A stretch of 64,000 nucleotides of DNA from a virus, in IMG/VR virus record IMGVR_UViG_3300032291_003441, positions 9,087-73,086 of that record; one strand, 5' to 3'. Under the pieces are notes generated by a model. It was not told the DNA's origin and ran no database searches. It worked only from the letters and a program-made list of their open reading frames with translations. The position numbers were made by a program, and so were the translations under genes. Of the stretch, positions 57,208-64,000 are shown in pieces (position 1 is the stretch's first letter; each line of letters starts with the position of its first letter).

Positions 57208-57213
57208 ATACTT

Positions 57214-58668
57214 TTATTTTAAAATTTTCTTTAACATTGGAAACATTGATTCATTCATTTTATATTTTCCAGCAGCATCTTCAGCTTCATGGGATTGATG
57301 AAATATTTCTTTTTTCTTTTCAAATGGTAATTCTTCCCACCAATCTAACACATATTGAAGATTACTTAATGTTGTTTCATCTGCTTCAGCTACAGCACCT
57401 TTTTCAACTACGTGAGCACGAGTAAAGAAAGTAATTGTATTACCAATTTGGTCTGTTAATTTACCATCGCCTAATTTTTGAGCGGCTGCTTGAGCTTGTG
57501 TTAAAGCATCTTGAACTGCTTTTACGTCAGGATTAACTTCTGTAGTAGTTGTAGTATCGATAGTTTCTGTATCATCTACTGCTACATCATCTGTTGTTAC
57601 ATCGTCTGTAACTTCTTCATCACCTTTAGCTTCATCTAAGCTTTTTTCAGCTTCAATTTTCTTTTTTACCCAATCTGAAAATTCTTCTCTAGTTGTTAGT
57701 GTTTTGATTTGGTCTAAAGAGTTTTTAGCATCCTCAAATCCAAATCTTTCTTTAGCATAACTATAAGCTTGTTTTTGAAGAGGAGTTAAGTCATCAGCTG
57801 TATTTGAGCTTGCAAATTTTCTTTTTACTTGTCTAAATATGTTGTCTAAATCAGAATCTTTTAAATCTCTTCCATAAGCATAATAGTCATAAACATCTTG
57901 AGGAGTATTAAGTTGTTTAATATCATCTAAAAACTCTTGTGCTTGATCTTCACCACTAATTTCTATTTCGTATTGGTAAACATAGTCTTGAAGAGGAGTT
58001 AAACCTTCTGCTTCATTTAACATACCTTCTAATTCGGCTAAGAAGTCAACTTCTGATTCTGGAGCATCCTCCATGTTATCTATGTCTAAGTTCATTTCAG
58101 CTAAAATCATTTCTTTGATTTTAGATTTTAATTCTGATTTTTTCATTTTTGTATTTGTAGTTTTTAATTCATCTAATTCTTCTTCATTATCATTACTTCC
58201 ATATACCTCTTCATCATTTTGATCATAAAAATCATCTTCTTCTTCTGGAGCGTACCAAGATTGGTTAGGATCGGTTTCTGCTTCTTTAGTAAAGTCGTGA
58301 GTTCTATAATCAAATTCGTTTGGTTTAACTACTAAAGCTGGAAATAATACTGGACCTCCATTTGGTGTTTTCATTTTACCAAAAGCCATATCAATTCCAT
58401 CCATTCTATCACCTCTAGCATAACCATTCATTTGGGCTAATAATTCGTAGTAATCTTTACCACCAAAATCACCATACCCATCATAATTTTTTTCATAATA
58501 ATACCTACCTTTATTATCAAACATGTAAACAGGAATTGTGTTTTCTTTTTCAGATCCAATCTGTTGCCCTGTATCTTGGGTCATCCAAGAGAATTGACCT
58601 TCAGTTAATGAACCAAAGAATGTAGCTTGGTTTTTAGCTATATGTTCTTTTAAGTTAAATTTTGTCAT
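57214..58668 (-). CDS. Modular acidic putative internal head protein
   Basis: Leader ...SLTE, then GQFSW domain, internal MKKSELKSKIKE, two LTPLQ repeats. Confidence 0.6.
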   Translation of the reverse strand: MTKFNLKEHIAKNQATFFGSLTEGQFSWMTQDTGQQIGSEKENTIPVYMFDNKGRYYYEKNYDGYGDFGGKDYYELLAQMNGYARGDRMDGIDMAFGKMKTPNGGPVLFPALVVKPNEFDYRTHDFTKEAETDPNQSWYAPEEEDDFYDQNDEEVYGSNDNEEELDELKTTNTKMKKSELKSKIKEMILAEMNLDIDNMEDAPESEVDFLAELEGMLNEAEGLTPLQDYVYQYEIEISGEDQAQEFLDDIKQLNTPQDVYDYYAYGRDLKDSDLDNIFRQVKRKFASSNTADDLTPLQKQAYSYAKERFGFEDAKNSLDQIKTLTTREEFSDWVKKKIEAEKSLDEAKGDEEVTDDVTTDDVAVDDTETIDTTTTTEVNPDVKAVQDALTQAQAAAQKLGDGKLTDQIGNTITFFTRAHVVEKGAVAEADETTLSNLQYVLDWWEELPFEKKKEIFHQSHEAEDAAGKYKMNESMFPMLKKILK

Positions 58669-58688
58669 AATATATGTTGATAAATATG

Positions 58689-58979
58689 TTATTTTTTATT
58701 ATATGTGCCTTTTTTATATTCTGCTTTTTCTGTGTTCTTTACAAATTGCTTTCCCTTGCGAGAACCAGCAGCTTTTTTCTTAGAGGTTTTAGCTCTTTCG
58801 GCCTTAGATAATGATTGAGCTTTTTTACGAGGCAAGCAACGTGTTGTAGCTCCACCTTTTTTCATCGTTCCACAAGGACCAGTAATATTACCTTGAGTAT
58901 CAATACGCACCCAGTCCTCTTTTTTAAACCAGTCGCGTAATGATTCAGATACTAATTCTTGTAGGCGATTTATATCCAT
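58689..58979 (-). CDS. Small basic phage protein
   Basis: LVSE|SLRDWFKKEDWV...PCG...CLP..KAQSLS...KGKQFVKNT. Confidence 0.65.
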   Translation of the reverse strand: MDINRLQELVSESLRDWFKKEDWVRIDTQGNITGPCGTMKKGGATTRCLPRKKAQSLSKAERAKTSKKKAAGSRKGKQFVKNTEKAEYKKGTYNKK

Positions 58980-60610
58980 TATTTTTTCTTTGCTTTGCCT
59001 GACATTTGGCCTTTACATACTTTAACGCCACGACCTGAAAGGTAAGCAGATGATTTTTCACCAGCGGCTTGTCTTCTTTTAATGTATGCTTTACCTGCAG
59101 GACAAAGTTCCTCGTTAATTGAATTTAATGCTTCATCGATTTTTTCCTCTAAACCTTTTTCTCTACGCTTCATGTAATCTGTTTTACCTGTATAAGCTGG
59201 TTGTTTAGGTTTTTTTGTAGCGTAATCATCTTCAGCTTTCCTACGTTTCATGTAGTCAGTAGCTTCAGTTACTTTAGTATATAAATCCTCGTCAGCATTC
59301 CATTTCCAATCACTTGATTTAAAATCTTTTAATTTTTTAGCTTTTTGGTATTCAGCTGATGATAATTTAGATGCTTTTAAGTTAATTTCTTTAAGTTCTT
59401 CAGTTGTACCTATAATCTCATCATAATCATCCATTTGTAATATACCTCTTTCTTTACCTAATGAAATTGCTTTTTCAGTAACATCATGTAAATCCATATC
59501 TTCAGCAGCATCTTCTCTTGAATATTCTAACATACGAATAAACAAAGGAACATCCATTGTGATAGTATCTACTTTATCTTCTTCTTGAGCTTCATTCATT
59601 GATGATTTTACAACACCTTTTAAGTTAAATAAATCAACAATATCTTCAAATGTATCATAAAATTTATCTGATTGGCCTGTTGGTTTATAAATTACTTTAA
59701 ATGGTTTAAATTCATTACCTAGTTCATATTTAACACCTAAAGCATCTAATTGCTTTTTAGCCATATCAACAGCTGTTTCTTTTTTAGCTTCATCTAATGA
59801 AGGAGAAGCCATTTTAATAAAATCATCAGATACAGCAAATACTTCTACTTTACCATTTTTTAAATCCTTTACCTCAATATCCTCAATATTGTATTTTGCT
59901 TGTAATTTTTTAACAATAGTATTACCCATTGACATTGCTTTAGCAGCACCTTCTTCTCTATCTTGACCACCCATAGTTTTAGATCCACCAACAGATAAAA
60001 CACCTGAACCTTCAGGATAAGCTATATTAACATATAAAAAGTTGGGATTAGATTTATCCTTACGGATTATGGGTTTAAAATATTCTTTATTACCTTCACT
60101 TAACATAGAAATAGCTTTATCAATTTTATTTAATTCACGCCCATATCTGTTAGCAATTGGACCACCTTCTGGTTCAGCTTCTTGTTCCATATCAATCATT
60201 AATTGAGCACGCTGCTTTTTAAGAGCTTTAATTTTATCAGCATTTTTAATAGCCTTATAATCAGGATTGATTGTTTTTACTGGTTTTGGTAATTCTGGTT
60301 TAGGTTGTGTTCTTTGAAAAGCTGCTGCTCTTGCCTTCATTAAGACAGGATCATTAATATCTGCTTCTTCTAAAGCTTCCATCATTGTCTTTTTAATAGC
60401 AGTAATACCTCCACTATTATTAGGTTTAGCATCCCAACCTGCTGCTCTAAAATTTTTAATCATTTTATCTTTAGTAGCATCATCTATTGGTTCTGTAATT
60501 GTAATTTTTTCAAAATTTTCACCTGATGATTTTGTATGAGGGTATCCTCCAGTTAATGATTCTTCTAAAGGTTTAGAGAAAAATTCTTTTATTTTTTGAA
60601 TGTCTTTCAT
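58979..60610 (-). CDS. Mosaic putative internal head polyprotein
   Basis: Short unrelated modules delimited by LEE, LSE, LDE, MNE, LKE, VTE, INE. Confidence 0.6.
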   Translation of the reverse strand: MKDIQKIKEFFSKPLEESLTGGYPHTKSSGENFEKITITEPIDDATKDKMIKNFRAAGWDAKPNNSGGITAIKKTMMEALEEADINDPVLMKARAAAFQRTQPKPELPKPVKTINPDYKAIKNADKIKALKKQRAQLMIDMEQEAEPEGGPIANRYGRELNKIDKAISMLSEGNKEYFKPIIRKDKSNPNFLYVNIAYPEGSGVLSVGGSKTMGGQDREEGAAKAMSMGNTIVKKLQAKYNIEDIEVKDLKNGKVEVFAVSDDFIKMASPSLDEAKKETAVDMAKKQLDALGVKYELGNEFKPFKVIYKPTGQSDKFYDTFEDIVDLFNLKGVVKSSMNEAQEEDKVDTITMDVPLFIRMLEYSREDAAEDMDLHDVTEKAISLGKERGILQMDDYDEIIGTTEELKEINLKASKLSSAEYQKAKKLKDFKSSDWKWNADEDLYTKVTEATDYMKRRKAEDDYATKKPKQPAYTGKTDYMKRREKGLEEKIDEALNSINEELCPAGKAYIKRRQAAGEKSSAYLSGRGVKVCKGQMSGKAKKK

Positions 60611-60629
60611 GTGTAATATGTAATAAATA

Positions 60630-61202
60630 TTATTCTTTCTTTTGTTTCTTCAAATACTCTAAAGCTTCTTCTTTGTATTTAAGTAGTTGAGATTTACCAT
60701 CACCATCCCATTTTTCAACATCACCTTGTTCTGTTACAAATGAGTTATTAGTATTAATTAATTCGTTAAACCAAACCTCAAAATCATTAATAGTACCCTC
60801 TAAGTGTTGGTTAATAACATCTTTTTCAAAGGCCTCTAATTTACCTTCTTTTCGTAATTGGTGTTCATGGTCTACCTGGCAGTTAAAGCAATGGCCATAC
60901 ATTACAAACCATTTTTTATCTAAATGTTGTTTAGTTGCTTTAGAACATTTAGGGCAAAAAATAGGTAATACAATACCCTCTTTTGCCTTATCTAACTTAG
61001 TAATGTTTTGTTTTAAACCATTTTTAATAGTCCATTGACGACCATCTTCTTCCCAAATATCACCTTCATTATGAAATTCTTTTGCTTTTTCATAACCAGT
61101 TCCCATAGTGGTTTTGTCTCCATACTTGCCTTGAACCAAGTTACGGAGACGCTGCACATCATTATGCTTGAACTCTTTTTTTAAAACCGAATCGTTGCTC
61201 AT
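60630..61202 (-). CDS. Hypothetical Zn-binding protein
   Basis: CPKC...CFNC. Confidence 0.65.
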   Translation of the reverse strand: MSNDSVLKKEFKHNDVQRLRNLVQGKYGDKTTMGTGYEKAKEFHNEGDIWEEDGRQWTIKNGLKQNITKLDKAKEGIVLPIFCPKCSKATKQHLDKKWFVMYGHCFNCQVDHEHQLRKEGKLEAFEKDVINQHLEGTINDFEVWFNELINTNNSFVTEQGDVEKWDGDGKSQLLKYKEEALEYLKKQKKE

Positions 61203-61993
61203 TACTTACTGAATTTTTTAATGATTTCTTTTAACTCAGATTTTTTTATTTTGCCTTTTTTCATTAACTCATAAATATCTGTCATTCTATTAGGAGCATC
61301 AAAATTAACATCACCTTGAGCCCTACCAGGAATCATATCTTGTGGTTCCATTTGTTTTTTAGGAGCTATAGATAACATATCGTTGTCTGTTGGATCTTCA
61401 ATTTCAACACCAAACTTATTAGCATAAGTGTAAAAATCATCACTTGACATAAAATCGGCAACGGCATCTTCATCCATAAAAGCACCAGTTTTTTCTAAAT
61501 CGTTTGTAAATCTAGCAAACATAGAACCTGGTTTATAGTCCATTGGAAATGATTTGCCTTTATATTTCAAAAACACAACAGCTACACGTTTGTCCATAGG
61601 TCCTTCCTGTAATCCAGGTTTACCTTTTTTACCTCCTGATACTTGGAACGATAAAGATGATTTAATTCTCTTCATCAATTCTTCATCAGACATAGCAGGT
61701 TTTTTGGTATCGTTTTCTTTAACTGCCTTTAATGTAGGTTTGTCTTTAGTAACAACAGCTACTTTATTACGAGAGGCAACATCTTTAATTTTAGATGCTA
61801 AAGAGGCAGCTGATGTATCTTTAGTAGTAACATCAATCACCATTTTACCTTCCAATCCAGTTTTAATATCTAATTTGCCGTCAGGAAAATCTCTTTTCCA
61901 GTCTTTAGACATTTTTGCTTTAACCTCATCGGCTGTTGCTTTTGCGTTATCTCCAGATAAAACAAGTCGTTTGTATGTTATTGGTGCTGCCAT
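61202..61993 (-). CDS. Modular hypothetical protein
   Basis: VKE and LQE sites; C-terminal IKKSELKEIIK motif. Confidence 0.6.
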   Translation of the reverse strand: MAAPITYKRLVLSGDNAKATADEVKAKMSKDWKRDFPDGKLDIKTGLEGKMVIDVTTKDTSAASLASKIKDVASRNKVAVVTKDKPTLKAVKENDTKKPAMSDEELMKRIKSSLSFQVSGGKKGKPGLQEGPMDKRVAVVFLKYKGKSFPMDYKPGSMFARFTNDLEKTGAFMDEDAVADFMSSDDFYTYANKFGVEIEDPTDNDMLSIAPKKQMEPQDMIPGRAQGDVNFDAPNRMTDIYELMKKGKIKKSELKEIIKKFSK

Positions 61994-61995
61994 TT

Positions 61996-62541
61996 TTATA
62001 GTCCTAAGTTTTGTAATTGATTAATTGTATCTTGTGCGTTTACGTGTAAAATTCCTTTACCACCTCTTGCTCTCCATTGTTCAATGTTGTCAGGGCGGTC
62101 ATCGATAAGTATTTTATCTGTACCAGAATAATTCTGTTTTTTCTCAGCTGATGCTAAAATTAGTTTAGTTCCGGGTATATTATTTTTAACCCATAATCTT
62201 TTTCCTAAACGAGAAGCTGGATTTCTGGATGGGGCTGATAATAAAGTTGGTTGTTTATCTTTAATATAGTCCCATAATTCCTTTCCATCAGGCATCCATT
62301 CCATTCCTACCCAAAACTTAATTTTGTTATCAACATCAATAAAATCCCAAAATTTCTCTACACCATTTTTAGCTTGGTATTGAGCTGCTGATAAATGTTC
62401 TGGATTAAGTGATTTAAAACGTTTATCAAAGTCAGTTAGAACGCCATCCATATCACAATATAAAGTATATTGAGGAGTAGGTTCAGTAGGAACTGATTCT
62501 TCTTCTTTTAATTGCTTATATAAATCTGTTAACTTATACAT
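61996..62541 (-). CDS. HAD-superfamily 5'(3')-deoxyribonucleotidase-like protein
   Basis: YCDMDGVLTDF, LSAP, GK..W, ILIDD, W...GG.GILH. Confidence 0.85.
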   Translation of the reverse strand: MYKLTDLYKQLKEEESVPTEPTPQYTLYCDMDGVLTDFDKRFKSLNPEHLSAAQYQAKNGVEKFWDFIDVDNKIKFWVGMEWMPDGKELWDYIKDKQPTLLSAPSRNPASRLGKRLWVKNNIPGTKLILASAEKKQNYSGTDKILIDDRPDNIEQWRARGGKGILHVNAQDTINQLQNLGL

Positions 62542-64000
62542 TTTTTATTTTATCCTCCCAATTACGTAACATCATATTTCCTTTCTCGTATGCTTCTTTT
62601 TCAATCTCAGGTAAATCACCATCCTCATTTGTGTTAGTAGTATTAATATTATTTAATCTACCTTCTAAATTCTGTTCATGATGAACCATCTCGTGAGAAA
62701 ACGAACGCAATATATCTTTTGGGTGTCTATCCATTGTGTATAATGTGATAGATTTTTCAACAGGATTGTAGTAAGCTGTTTTACCCAAAAGATTGGATGC
62801 GTTTTGTTCATCATCCTTTATAACCTTAATTTTAGGCAATGGTTTGATATTCATTCCATTGTCAATCATATATCGAGATAAAGATACGAAAGATTCCTCA
62901 GGATTCCAAGTTTCTATTAAAGCTTCTTTAACAAGTGTTTTTGCGTATTCGTTTAAACCAAAAAAATCATTTTCTTTAACAGGTGCAAATCCTGAACCAT
63001 AAGGTAAGGCTGTTCCTGCTTCTGGATCAGATTCTTCATCTAAGTAAGGATTATTATCATGTCCACACTTGTGGCAAACATATAAATCCTCTCCACCATC
63101 TGCTATAGGCCATTCCCAACCACAATTATCACAAATTACTTCTGTATTTGTTACTAATTCATTAATGGTGTCAGGTAAAATAGCTGTTATAAAGTTTGAG
63201 TTTTTTTCAAACCTTACACCTGGTATTGCTTTGGAAATAAATGCTCTATATAAATTATCTCTTTGAGAACCAAAATCTTCCTCATCTGATTTTTTAGAAG
63301 GTGAATAGGAAATAGCTTTGGCTTTAAATTTCTTTACATAATATTTAATTATGTCTGTTATAGTAGCCATTACTCTATAAAGTTCACCTTTATTAACTAC
63401 TATTTTAGCAGATGAACCTTGAGCGTCTTTAGGTCTAGCTAAAAATTCAATTTCTAAAGCTTTGTAATTATTTAAATCCTTATCAAAATAAGGAACAGTT
63501 GCTATATCTACACTATATTCAGTTTCACTCTCTGTTGTAAACTTAACATAAGTAACCCAACCATTCATATCAACTTCTTTCCATTTGTATGGTTTAAGAT
63601 TTGCCTCGCCTACTTCTGTTATTTTTTCTTCTTTAATAACAGGAGAAACTAAATCCCATATTTGTTGTTTTTCTTCCTTACTAACATCAGGAATTAAATG
63701 AAAAAATTGTTCTTTATTATTATCCCTAACTGCTTGACGTGTTTTAGTTCCGCTTACACCTCCAGAGGTAGTAATAACTTTTACCTCAAGATTAGGGTAC
63801 TTATCTAAAGATTTTGTTCTATTTTTAATATCAGCTAAATCACCTTCATCTCCATCTCTAGCTCCTAATATCCAATATACTTTAGTATCAGGATTTTCTT
63901 TAGCATAACCTAAAACTGATTTAACAGGAGCAACTGATGGCTCTACATCAACTTTAGGTGATAAATAATTTTTATAGATGTCCCAAATTTTAATTGATTC
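62534..64000 (-). CDS. Multidomain protein (start outside window): nucleotidyltransferase-like domain, unknown domain, Zn ribbon, HExxH metallopeptidase-like domain
   Basis: Frame is open from 64000 (the track start at 63568 is internal): ...YWILGAR...GGVSGTKTRQA...; CDNC/CHKC; DILRSFSHEMVHHEQ...EKEAY. Confidence 0.7.
   Translation of the reverse strand, partial: ESIKIWDIYKNYLSPKVDVEPSVAPVKSVLGYAKENPDTKVYWILGARDGDEGDLADIKNRTKSLDKYPNLEVKVITTSGGVSGTKTRQAVRDNNKEQFFHLIPDVSKEEKQQIWDLVSPVIKEEKITEVGEANLKPYKWKEVDMNGWVTYVKFTTESETEYSVDIATVPYFDKDLNNYKALEIEFLARPKDAQGSSAKIVVNKGELYRVMATITDIIKYYVKKFKAKAISYSPSKKSDEEDFGSQRDNLYRAFISKAIPGVRFEKNSNFITAILPDTINELVTNTEVICDNCGWEWPIADGGEDLYVCHKCGHDNNPYLDEESDPEAGTALPYGSGFAPVKENDFFGLNEYAKTLVKEALIETWNPEESFVSLSRYMIDNGMNIKPLPKIKVIKDDEQNASNLLGKTAYYNPVEKSITLYTMDRHPKDILRSFSHEMVHHEQNLEGRLNNINTTNTNEDGDLPEIEKEAYEKGNMMLRNWEDKIKNV

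Noticed and set aside
3456-63266. Short plus-strand ORFs (e.g. 3456, 5426, 15266, 16354, 39171, 61554)
   Set aside because: All are antisense to well-supported minus-strand genes and show no motifs
62534-63568. ORF-track start at 63568, and similarly 42345, 40579, 53783, 48526, 48267, 37549
   Set aside because: The first frame continues past the window edge; the others have better downstream ATGs next to promoter motifs or avoiding overlaps
1-64000. Stop-codon reassignment, introns or inteins
   Set aside because: Core genes (terminase, portal, capsid, helicase) translate intact at normal length in the standard code
1-64000. tRNA or rRNA genes
   Set aside because: Intergenic gaps are short and none shows a cloverleaf or T-loop pattern by eye

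Overview
This is a 64 kb, AT-rich segment of a large contractile-tailed (T4-like/jumbo myovirus-type) phage genome, with essentially all real genes on the minus strand. In transcription order (right to left) it contains: (1) a block of putative internal head/cargo proteins plus a few enzymes (partial nucleotidyltransferase-metallopeptidase fusion, HAD nucleotidase, Hc1-like histone, PD-(D/E)XK-like protein, FAD oxidoreductase, P-loop kinase); (2) terminase, portal, prohead protease, scaffold and major capsid; (3) an amidinotransferase / pyruvoyl decarboxylase / PhoH insert; (4) neck genes; (5) a 1481-aa Gly-Ser/Thr repeat fibre with an S74 chaperone domain, followed by two GT-B glycosyltransferases and an Aah/TibC-type protein O-glycosyltransferase; (6) sheath, tube, a chaperone pair with a probable frameshift, tape measure and baseplate genes; (7) a replication block (short family A polymerase, gp32 SSB, UvsX/RecA, 5'-3' exonuclease, DnaB-like helicase, class II RNR). 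Promoter architecture, lack of Shine-Dalgarno sites and the Hc1-like gene suggest a Bacteroidota host (inference). The best candidate for an undescribed system is a phage-encoded protein O-glycosylation cassette acting on a serine-rich virion fibre. The second is a cargo-polyprotein scheme based on prohead-protease L/I-x-E sites. All calls come from motif recognition by eye; no database search was run.
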